Shown here one piece after another: positions 1 to 7,158 of a stretch of 34,786 bases of DNA. The notes under the pieces are model-generated. The model made no database searches, was not told where the DNA came from, and was given only the letters and a program-made list of their open reading frames with translations. Numbering within the stretch: the first letter of the stretch is position 1; each line of letters begins with the position of its first letter. This DNA comes from a virus: positions 1 through 34,786 of IMG/VR virus record IMGVR_UViG_3300045988_092324; one strand, given 5' to 3'. The position numbers and the translations under genes are program-made.

Positions 1-77
1 TGAACGAGTGAATAGTTCCATCCCTCGGCAGTCCCGCTGCGGTCGAGCGACGGGTCGCGGCCTTGGGATACAGAATC
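1..77. repeat. Terminal inverted repeat, left copy (77 bp, perfect), ending at the recombinase stop codon
   Basis: Bases 1-77 (tgaacgagtgaatagttcc...gggatacagaatc) equal the reverse complement of 34710-34786; identity stops at base 78 (a versus c). Confidence 0.98.
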
Positions 78-942
78 ACCATTCCATGGCCGTGCTGTAC
101 GTATCGCTCGCCCTTGCCACGACCGTTCGAAATGACTGCAGGTAGTGGCTCATGGCAGTGTTGACCGTGCTGTGTCCCAACGCCACGGCAATGTCCTCGA
201 TGGCGGCTCCGTGCTCAAGCGAGATGGTCGCCCACGAGTGGCGCAGGCATGTCATGGGCACATGCGGCAAGTCAAAGCGGCGGCAGAAAGCGCGGAATCG
301 GCGAGCGACGGTATTCGGGTCGAGCAGACACAAACGCCCAGACCTACGCGCCCCACGTATCGCACGCAGACGTTCCAACGCAAATCGCGGCAGCTTGAGC
401 CGCCTGTCGCTGAGCTTCGTCTTGCACCCCGTCTCGACCATCTTGCCGCCGACAACGTGGAGTCCGCGCTGCACATGCACCCAGCCGCTGCGCCAGTCCA
501 CATCCTCGATTCTCACCGCACACGCCTCGCAGCGCCGCAGGCCGAGCGCGGCACCCAAGAGCACAGCGGCCTCGAATGGTTGTCCGACTATCGCCTTAAG
601 CGTCACGCGCTCTTGCTCAGCCGTGAGCGTCGGTCGGCGCACCGTGGGCTTTTTCGGCAGCTCAACCCCTTGCGTTACGTCCCAGATTCTGAGCTGATGG
701 CGGCGCAATACCCATCGGTAAATCTGGCGGAAGGTCTTGTAGGCCTTTTCCGCCGCGCCGGGAAGGTCGATTCCGTCCACCCAATCTTGTACCTGCTCGA
801 ATGTGATCGTCTCTACCTCACGCTCACCCCACTGCGGCATCAGGTGGCAGCGGATGGCGCTGCGGTAGCCCTCCAGAGTGGTTGCGCGGAGGCGCTTGCC
901 CTTGTCGGCCATGTACTCGGTTACGGCTTCTGAAAACAGCAT
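76..942 (-). CDS. Tyrosine recombinase/integrase-family protein, putative tail-gene invertase
   Basis: N-terminal SAM-like region followed by catalytic domain: GAALGLRRCEA (Arg I), MTCLRHSWAT (box II), VALGHSTVNTAMSHYL (GH...Y). Its stop codon overlaps the 77-bp inverted repeat. Confidence 0.9.
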   Translation of the reverse strand: MLFSEAVTEYMADKGKRLRATTLEGYRSAIRCHLMPQWGEREVETITFEQVQDWVDGIDLPGAAEKAYKTFRQIYRWVLRRHQLRIWDVTQGVELPKKPTVRRPTLTAEQERVTLKAIVGQPFEAAVLLGAALGLRRCEACAVRIEDVDWRSGWVHVQRGLHVVGGKMVETGCKTKLSDRRLKLPRFALERLRAIRGARRSGRLCLLDPNTVARRFRAFCRRFDLPHVPMTCLRHSWATISLEHGAAIEDIAVALGHSTVNTAMSHYLQSFRTVVARASDTYSTAMEW

Positions 943-961
943 TTTTGGCAGCCCAATCTCT

Positions 962-1012
962 AAAAAATCCCAGACCTAACGAATGGTAGCCCGCCGCGTT
1001 ACGTCTGGGATT
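962..1012 (-). terminator. Intrinsic terminator/attenuator-like hairpin in the recombinase leader (minus strand)
   Basis: AATCCCAGAC (966-975) pairs with GTCTGGGATT (1003-1012); a G-G mismatch and 5 more pairs (TAACG/CGTTA) extend the stem; on the minus strand it is followed by TTTTTT. Confidence 0.65.
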
Positions 1013-1094
1013 AATTGCTTGCAGCGGGCGGCGGAGCCCAATCTCACGCCGCCCGTAGGATGGCGCGGAAAGCGAGAGGAAAGGAGGGTCGAGC

Positions 1095-1433
1095 GTGGAA
1101 TCACTGGTGGCCATCGCCATAACCGACATCGTCTCGTGCGTCGTGGCGGCGTGCGTCGCGTCGGTCGTGGCCACCGTCAAGGCCCAGGGGCGGAAGGTGT
1201 CCGAGAGGTCCGAGCGGGAGCGCGTGGAGTCCGAGGCCATGAAGGCCGGGATGCGGGCGTTGCTCTGGGCTGAGCTCCAACGTATCCACGAGAGAGCGAC
1301 GGCGCAGGGCGGCCTGACCGTCGAGGAGCGCCGCCACCTGGAAAGCGTCTACGCCGCCTATCACGGGCTAGGTGGCAACGGTACCGGCACGCGCCTGTAC
1401 ACGGACGCGATGAACATGCCCGTACTCGATTAG
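1095..1433 (+). CDS. Small lysis-module protein with N-terminal TM segment
   Basis: ORF of 112 aa with hydrophobic N-terminus (VAIAITDIVSCVVAACVASVVATV) and RBS aaggagg; immediately upstream of the holin-like gene. Confidence 0.7.
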   Translation: MESLVAIAITDIVSCVVAACVASVVATVKAQGRKVSERSERERVESEAMKAGMRALLWAELQRIHERATAQGGLTVEERRHLESVYAAYHGLGGNGTGTRLYTDAMNMPVLD

Positions 1434-1445
1434 GAGGAGGAATCA

Positions 1446-1676
1446 ATGACCAGAGACGAGATCGTCAAGAAGCTGACGAGCCGAAAGTTCTGGCTGTGCA
1501 CGGCTGCCTTCTTGGGCTCCGTCGCGACCAGCGTTGCCGGCATCGCCACGGACAACCAGACCGTCGCCGCCATCGGCACGGTGTGCGGGGTCGCGAGCGC
1601 GGCCATCTATGCAGCGGCCGAGCAGGCCGTGGACGCCGCGCGACTCAAGGCGGGAGGCGAGCATGACGGAGACTAA
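1446..1676 (+). CDS. Putative holin
   Basis: 76 aa, two hydrophobic segments (FWLCTAAFLGSVATSVAGIA, TVAAIGTVCGVASAAIYAAA), polar C-terminus, RBS ggaggagg, overlaps start of amidase. Confidence 0.75.
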   Translation: MTRDEIVKKLTSRKFWLCTAAFLGSVATSVAGIATDNQTVAAIGTVCGVASAAIYAAAEQAVDAARLKAGGEHDGD

Positions 1677-2802
1677 CGCCGGGCCCAAGCGCAAGCTGCC
1701 GATGCGCAGCGTTTTTGCAATCGTCCTCGCGCTCGTCGCGGCCCTCGCCGCCCCGTGCGGAGCCGAGGCGTACCAGAGTGTCGACAAGTACGTTAGCAGC
1801 GGCCACGGCTACCTCAATGCGAGCTACCTCGTCATCCACGAGACAGCGAACCCCGGCGCGAGCGCCTACAACCACACGCTGCTCTGGTCGCGCGACGATA
1901 CCTACGCCGTCCATCACGTGATGGAGCTGGACGGCTCCACCGTGTACAACACCGTGCCCGAGAACCGCCTTTGCTGGCATGTCGGTAACGGCAATTACGC
2001 CACGATCGGCATCGAGCTGGCGCACGCCACCAACGCCTCCGATTTCGCAAAGCAGTGGAATGAAGCCGTGAAGTGGGCTGGCGACGAACTCCGCTCTCGC
2101 GGCTGGGATACGTCCCGCCTTTTGAGCCACTACGAAGCGGCTCAGCGCTGGGGCGGGTCCGATCACACCGACCCGAATGGCTATTTCGCCCAGTACGGCA
2201 AGTCGTGGTGGGAGTTCAAGCAGGCGGTCGCAGCCTATCTCGGCAGCGGTTATGTCGCTCCCATCGCGCCGACTGACGGCAACGGCGGCACGTATGCCCC
2301 GTCGACGTCCGCCGGTCGCACCAAGTTCCCCAAGTCTACCGGCGCGTCCGTCAATATCCACTACGCTTTGCACAATCGTGGCGGCGGATGGAATGATGTC
2401 GTTACCAACTTCGACGACAGCACCAGCGAGGGTTTCGCCGGCGTACCCTATGGATCGCACGACATGCTCATCGCCTGGGTGGATTCTGGCACCCTCATGT
2501 ACCGCGTCCACACCAAGGAGAGCGGCTGGCTCGACTACGTCCAGACCGCCAATTACGGTGACTCCGTCAATGGCATGGCGGGCTTGTGGGGCCAGACTAT
2601 CGACGGCGTGAAGATGTGCTACATCACCCCGTCTGGCGAGTACAAGCAGGTCTACTACCGTAGCCAGGACGTTGCCCACGCTGGCTACTGGGACGAGGTC
2701 TGCGATGATGGATCCACCTACGGCGGCGATGACTACGCAGGCATGTACGGCTATGCGCTCGATCGTCTGCAGTGCTACGTGTCCGACGGTACCCGCCGAT
2801 AA
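1663..2802 (+). CDS. N-acetylmuramoyl-L-alanine amidase endolysin with N-terminal signal/anchor sequence
   Basis: ATG at 1663 with RBS gggaggcga; [23 protein letters not shown] signal-like; amidase_2-type residues ([17 protein letters not shown]...VHHVMELDG...[10 protein letters not shown]...[21 protein letters not shown]). Confidence 0.85.
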
Positions 2803-2888
2803 TCGCGCTGGCGTTCGTCCTCGGCGCGCTTTTCGGCGGCACCGTGGCAACAATCGGGCTGTGTCTCGTGAGCATCAACCGGCGCTAG
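2772..2888 (+). CDS. Small single-TM protein (possibly DUF3789-like) overlapping the end of the endolysin gene
   Basis: GTG-start frame encodes ...[29 protein letters not shown], a glycine-patterned TM segment, ending just before the terminator. No clear RBS. Confidence 0.35.
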
Positions 2889-2908
2889 CGGCCGCGGGCG
2901 ATAGCAAC

Positions 2909-2948
2909 AGAAAGGGGCCGTGGCGGTTCGTCGCCACGGCCCCTTTCT
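2909..2948 (+). terminator. Strong hairpin terminator after the lysis cassette
   Basis: 17-bp perfect stem AGAAAGGGGCCGTGGCG/CGCCACGGCCCCTTTCT with 6-nt loop. Confidence 0.85.
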
Positions 2949-3122
2949 CTTATCCCTCGAATATCCCAAGTGGGCGCAAAACCCTAAGTACGGTCAGCTT
3001 ATTGCGGCACTGTCAGCGAGTTTTGCCTGATGGTCAGCATCAATAGCGAGCTGCGGCAAACTGTCTCAGTACTGCCACAACTAACAGTAGGGCTTCTACC
3101 TGCGGGTTTGCGGGGGATTATC
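2949..3122. promoter_or_regulatory. Candidate attP region with putative integrase arm-type repeats
   Basis: Non-coding, locally AT-richer, adjacent to integrase 3' end; GTCAGC at 2993-2998, 3012-3017 and 3033-3038; related GCGGCACTGTCAG (3004-3016) and GCGGCAAACTGTCTCAG (3053-3069). Confidence 0.45.
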
Positions 3123-4250
3123 CTAACTTGTCCCAAGTGCGTCGAAGACGGCGCGGACGACCTGCTCGGCGGTGGGGCGGATGTAGTGCCTGCCCGACAC
3201 GCCGGGGAGGGCGTGGCCCATCAGCATCTCTATGAGGTCCCACGGCAGGCGAAGCTCGACCTCCGCTATCGTACGCCACGAGTTGCGGAGGTTCGACCAC
3301 GGGATGTGCTCAATGCCGCGGGCGGCGCAGAGTTTCCGCCAGCGGTCGTTGCATATGCCCCGGTTCATGGGCAGCCCGTCGCCCCGGTCGCTCAGCCACT
3401 CGCGGCCCTCGGCGGCGCGGGCGGCCGCTATCTCGACGAGGCGGTCGGCGGCCTGTGGCAAGATCACGATGGTGCGGGCGGACTTGGCGGTCTTGAGGGC
3501 GCCCACCGGCTCGGTGCCGGACTGCTGCATTTGGCGGCAGATGTCGGCGGAGGCGAGGACGGTGCCGCTACGCTCCCAGCGCAGTACCTCCTCGGTGCGG
3601 ACGCCCAGCGACTCGCCCGAGCGGCAGGAGCCGAAGCACGCGAGGATGAACGCGGGCTCCAGGGGGTTGCCGCGCAGTGCGTCGAGGACGCCCAGGGCCT
3701 CGTCGAGGGTGTAGACGCGCTTTGAGCGCTCGCGGGTCTTGCGGGTGGGCATGGTGTACCTGACGCTGGCGGCGAACGGGTCGAGCGGCAGGCGGATGAA
3801 GGTCGAGACGCAGGCATAGACCTTGCGCAGGGTGAGCAGGGCGGTGTCGGCGGTGGCGGCGGGCAGCGTCAGCAGCCACCCCTGCAGCTCGACGGCGCGC
3901 AGCTGGTCGACGGGCGCCTGCCCCCAGCGGGGTCCGACGTAGTTCCTCCACGAGCGCAGTACGAGGTCGCGGGTGTTGGGGGCGAGCGTCCCCGCCTCGA
4001 CCTGTGCGGCCATCTTGGGGACGAGCCACGTCTCGTAGGCCTTGGCTATGGTGGGCACGGGGACGTCGTCGGCGTGCTCGACGTGGATGCGGTCGAGTTC
4101 CGCGCACGCCTCGCGGTAGGTGCCGTACACGGTCTTGGTCTTGCGCCTGCGGCCCTGCGGCGTGTTCTGCATCCAGCGCAGGACGTACTTCTTGCCGCGC
4201 CTCATCTCGGTCACGGAGCCCCAGACGCGGCGGCGCTGCTTCTTTGTCAT
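3123..4250 (-). CDS. int: Tyrosine-type phage integrase
   Basis: 375 aa with N-terminal AP2-like arm-binding region (RGKKYVLRWMQNTPQGRRRKTKTVYGTYREACAEL), core-binding domain, GSCRSGES..., WSNLRNSWRT, LMGHALPGVSGRHYIR. Confidence 0.88.
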   Translation of the reverse strand: MTKKQRRRVWGSVTEMRRGKKYVLRWMQNTPQGRRRKTKTVYGTYREACAELDRIHVEHADDVPVPTIAKAYETWLVPKMAAQVEAGTLAPNTRDLVLRSWRNYVGPRWGQAPVDQLRAVELQGWLLTLPAATADTALLTLRKVYACVSTFIRLPLDPFAASVRYTMPTRKTRERSKRVYTLDEALGVLDALRGNPLEPAFILACFGSCRSGESLGVRTEEVLRWERSGTVLASADICRQMQQSGTEPVGALKTAKSARTIVILPQAADRLVEIAAARAAEGREWLSDRGDGLPMNRGICNDRWRKLCAARGIEHIPWSNLRNSWRTIAEVELRLPWDLIEMLMGHALPGVSGRHYIRPTAEQVVRAVFDALGTS

Positions 4251-4301
4251 ATAATCAGATCCGTTCAGATCGCGGGCTTATTCTCCGTTTCGCCCGGTTC
4301 T
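4250..4301. repeat. Dispersed direct repeat, copy 1, immediately upstream of int start
   Basis: TATAATCAGATCCGTTCAGATCGCGGGCTTATTCTCCGTTTCGCCCGGTTCT; first 21 nt identical to 4941-4961. Confidence 0.85.
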
Positions 4302-4349
4302 GACTCCGGCCCCGTCTCACGTTCCAAAGTGCAGGGGCCGTCTCCTTAG

Positions 4350-4389
4350 TCTCGGGGCCGCGGCATCAGCCTACGGCCCCGAGATTTTT
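4350..4389 (+). terminator. Hairpin terminator
   Basis: 11-bp perfect stem TCTCGGGGCCG/CGGCCCCGAGA followed by TTTTT. Confidence 0.8.
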
Positions 4390-4411
4390 CGCTTTCATGG
4401 GCATCACCTCC

Positions 4412-4813
4412 CTAACCGATGATGAGCGCTGTCGCTATGGCACCGGCGAAAGCGCCGACGATTGCGCCAACTGAAGCCATCAGCAGGTCTCGCACGAGCT
4501 TGCCTCTTTCGTCCTGCTTTTGGCGCTTTGCCCACGCATCCCTTCTCTTCTCGTATTCGGCCTTGTCGGATGCGTAGGACTTCCCCTTGGGCGTTATCTC
4601 CCACTTAGCGTACTGTCGGAAGTAAAAGACCAGATCGCGGACATAGCCAAGTTCCTCGAGCTCGGCGGCGTTCTCTCGGCTGTCGAACCCGCCCTCATCG
4701 ACCATCTTCGCCAAGGTCGTCTCAAGCCGGGTCGGCAACGGGGTGAAGCCGTACGGATCTGCATAGCCCGAGAAGTCGGGCTCGGAACGGAAGGGGTTTT
4801 CGATATGAATCAT
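4412..4813 (-). CDS. Lysogeny-region hypothetical protein with C-terminal TM segment
   Basis: ATG (minus) at 4813 with RBS GAGAGGAG; starts MIHIENPFRSEPDF and ends KLVRDLLMASVGAIVGAFAGAIATALIIG. Confidence 0.65.
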   Translation of the reverse strand: MIHIENPFRSEPDFSGYADPYGFTPLPTRLETTLAKMVDEGGFDSRENAAELEELGYVRDLVFYFRQYAKWEITPKGKSYASDKAEYEKRRDAWAKRQKQDERGKLVRDLLMASVGAIVGAFAGAIATALIIG

Positions 4814-4903
4814 GACACTCCTCTCTACAGGTATCTGCTCGATTTTCTGGTCGGCTTTCTCATCGGCTTCGTCGTGACCTGCGTGCTGCTCGGGGTCTAC
4901 TAA
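4805..4903 (+). CDS. Candidate 32-aa membrane peptide, divergent and overlapping the minus-strand gene start
   Basis: MNHDTPLYRYLLDFLVGFLIGFVVTCVLLGVY* with TM segment; upstream GGAAGGGG. Confidence 0.35.
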   Translation: MNHDTPLYRYLLDFLVGFLIGFVVTCVLLGVY

Positions 4904-4940
4904 AGGCATCGAATTCGACGCCTTTAAAGTCGGCGCTCCT

Positions 4941-4993
4941 ATAATCAGATCCGTTCAGATAGCGGGCCCTATTCTTCGTTTCGCTCGGTTCTC
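4941..4993. repeat. Dispersed direct repeat, copy 2
   Basis: TATAATCAGATCCGTTCAGATAGCGGGCCCTATTCTTCGTTTCGCTCGGTTCT; matches 4250-4301 with few differences. Confidence 0.85.
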
Positions 4994-5076
4994 TCCACAA
5001 CGTGTTCGGTTTACTTTTACTGCCGCTGAGGCATAATAAGGACGAGCCCTTTGCTTAAAGCTCAGGACCTGGCCGC

Positions 5077-5105
5077 ACCTCGGGGCCCGAAATCCGGGGT
5101 TTTTT
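5077..5105 (+). terminator. Possible intrinsic terminator
   Basis: ACCTCGG/CCGGGGT stem (one G-U) followed by a T tract. Confidence 0.45.
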
Positions 5106-5107
5106 CT

Positions 5108-6397
5108 TTAGGCGAGCGGGTGGAAAATGCCCCTCTCGCGCAACTTCTCGCTCGTCCGGTACTGTTCGGCGTCGGGCACGCTGTGGAACTCGACGGTCTT
5201 GTCGTAGTTCGCCTTGACGACCTCCTCGATCTCATCGAGCGACACGCGGAAGAACTCCCTGCGCTGGTTGACTATGTTCACCTTCCTGTCCTCGAAGGCC
5301 CGGTGCAGCGCTGCCTCGAGCTTCGGGGCGTCATCGCAGAAGATGAGCGCGTGCACGTCGAAATTGAACGGGACGGACGCGTCTCCGAGCTCGCGGATGC
5401 GGTCCATCGGCTCAAGGCGCCTCGTCATCCCGATCTTGTAGACGCCCTCACCGAATGAGCCGATGTTGGAGATTACGTATACGAAGCCCGCCTTCTGGTT
5501 CGCCTCTCGGTAATCGACATCCGACACCGCCCTGTCCACGTCGTCGAGCTTCGCCTTGAGCTCAGCGGCCTTCTCCTCGAGATCGGCGCGCTCGTCGTCG
5601 CCGGCATCCTTCAGGCGTGCCGAGACGTCCTTGTACGCCTTGAGGTACTGGGAGCGCTCCTTCTCGAGCTTCTTGCGCTCGGCCGCTATCTCGCGCTCGA
5701 GTTTCCGGGCCTCGCGCTCCTGCTCGCGGGCCTCGCGCAGCGCCTCCTTCTCCTCCTCTTTCTCCTGTGCGAACTCGAAGGCCAGCTGGACCTCCTCCTG
5801 CTTGAGGAGGACGTATGCGGCGGGGATGGATATGCCGAGGGTCTTGCCGTTGCGGTTGATGGCCGCGGCCGACTTCTCGATTCTCTCGAGCGAGCGCTCG
5901 ACGTTGGTCGCCTTGACCTTGCGCACGATTTCGTCGCACTCGCCGTTGTACGCCATCATGAGCAGCTTCGAGATTTCGCGGACCATCGCCTTGCCCTTCG
6001 AGGCGCTGCCGTTGACCGTCCAGGACGTCTTGTCCGCGGCCTTGCTGAAGCTCTTGACGGCCTCCTTCTGTTTCCTGCGGCATCGGTCGAGGGCGTCCTT
6101 GTAGTGAGTCGAGTCGGCGAAGTCGAAGCGCGGGCGGTACAGGCCGAACTCCTCGACCAGCAGCTCGTCATCGAGGACGCGCGACTTGGACTCCTTTGCC
6201 TTGACGATGGCATCCAGTTTGCCGTTCTGCTTCTCCAGCTTCTCGAGCGAGGCCCTCTCCTCCTCGATTCTCTTCCTGAGGCCCTCGGCCTCGCGCCTGA
6301 GCCTATCCGCGTCCGCCATCTCCGGCGTGAGCATGGACTCGAGCTCCTCTACCCGCTGCTTGTACTCGGTCGCCTTGAACATGTCCCTGAAAGCCAT
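5108..6397 (-). CDS. DUF4041-like coiled-coil protein with C-terminal T5orf172 (GIY-YIG superfamily) nuclease-like domain
   Basis: Long E/K/R coiled-coil; C-terminus AGFVYVISNIGSFGEGVYKIGMTRRLEPMDRIRELGDASVPFNFDVHALIFCDDAPKLEAALHRAFEDRKVN...REFFRVS is typical of the T5orf172 family. Confidence 0.85.
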   Translation of the reverse strand: MAFRDMFKATEYKQRVEELESMLTPEMADADRLRREAEGLRKRIEEERASLEKLEKQNGKLDAIVKAKESKSRVLDDELLVEEFGLYRPRFDFADSTHYKDALDRCRRKQKEAVKSFSKAADKTSWTVNGSASKGKAMVREISKLLMMAYNGECDEIVRKVKATNVERSLERIEKSAAAINRNGKTLGISIPAAYVLLKQEEVQLAFEFAQEKEEEKEALREAREQEREARKLEREIAAERKKLEKERSQYLKAYKDVSARLKDAGDDERADLEEKAAELKAKLDDVDRAVSDVDYREANQKAGFVYVISNIGSFGEGVYKIGMTRRLEPMDRIRELGDASVPFNFDVHALIFCDDAPKLEAALHRAFEDRKVNIVNQRREFFRVSLDEIEEVVKANYDKTVEFHSVPDAEQYRTSEKLRERGIFHPLA

Positions 6398-6415
6398 CGG
6401 TTCGCCTTTCTGTCT

Positions 6416-7051
6416 CTAATACCTTTTGACCTCGCTGGCCTGGTGCCACTTGACGACGCCGCGGAAGCTCACGCTGGCGTTCTCCGGATCGTCGAACACT
6501 ATGTCGGTGTAGCCGTCCTCGTAGCTGTCCGGCGACAGCACGAGGGTCGACGCCCCGCGGTAGTAGCTTCTAAGGATCATCTCGCCGTTGTACTCGGCCG
6601 CCACGGCGTCGCCGTTGCGCGGTTCGCACCTGGGGGAGAGCAGTGCGTTCTCGCCGTCGGCAAACCTGCGATTCATGCATGAGCCGCGCACGCGCATGAG
6701 GTAGGCGTCCGGGTCGTTGACGCGCTCGAGGACTGAGATCGGCACGTCAGCGACCTCGTCGGGACCGAATTCGTCGGTGAACTCGCCTGCGTGCCCGGCG
6801 ACGAGCACGGGCAGGGTCACGTACTGGGCGCCGTTGGGGCGCACGGCCTCCGTGGCGTCCTCTCCCATGAGGTCGGCTACCGTCGTGTTGAAGAGGTCGG
6901 CGAGTTGACGAAGGATAGGCGTCCTCGGCGTGGCGCGCCCGCTTTCCCACTGACTTACCGACGAGTAGGTAAGACCGAGCTTGTCCGCCAACTCTGCCTG
7001 CGTGAGGCCCAGCTCGTCGCGGTGTGCGCGAATCTTTTTCCCGAGGTCCAT
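6416..7051 (-). CDS. CI-like transcriptional repressor (HTH_3 + S24-like domain)
   Basis: HTH LGLTQAELADKLGLTYSSVSQWESGRATPR; C-terminal S24-like fold motifs VRGSCMNRRFADG and GDAVAAEYNGEMILRSYYR. Confidence 0.88.
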   Translation of the reverse strand: MDLGKKIRAHRDELGLTQAELADKLGLTYSSVSQWESGRATPRTPILRQLADLFNTTVADLMGEDATEAVRPNGAQYVTLPVLVAGHAGEFTDEFGPDEVADVPISVLERVNDPDAYLMRVRGSCMNRRFADGENALLSPRCEPRNGDAVAAEYNGEMILRSYYRGASTLVLSPDSYEDGYTDIVFDDPENASVSFRGVVKWHQASEVKRY

Positions 7052-7084
7052 CTTTTCACCCCTTTAGGTAAATTACAATTTCCC

Positions 7085-7142
7085 TTTAATTTTATTAAAA
7101 AAGTAGTTTGAATTATCTTGAATGTGTTGTAATATGATTACA
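7085..7142. promoter_or_regulatory. Divergent repressor/cro control region with promoter and two 15-bp operator-like palindromes
   Basis: TTTAATtttATTAAA (7085-7099) and TGTAATatgATTACA (7128-7142), consensus TnTAATnTnATTAnA; promoter-like TTGAAT (7108-7113) N16 TAATAT (7130-7135). Confidence 0.6.
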
Positions 7143-7158
7143 GCGAAAGGAGGACGGG

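Noticed and set aside
1-77. Terminal inverted repeat as protein-primed linear genome end (phi29-like)
   Set aside because: No protein-primed DNA polymerase or terminal protein; TerS/TerL, integrase and siphophage modules are present, and the repeat is coding within a tail gene.
145-933. 262-aa and 181-aa plus-strand ORFs opposite the recombinase
   Set aside because: Shadow ORFs of a clearly recognisable tyrosine recombinase.
3030-3725. 231-aa plus-strand ORF over the integrase 3' half
   Set aside because: Shadow of the integrase; begins in the attP-like region without an RBS.
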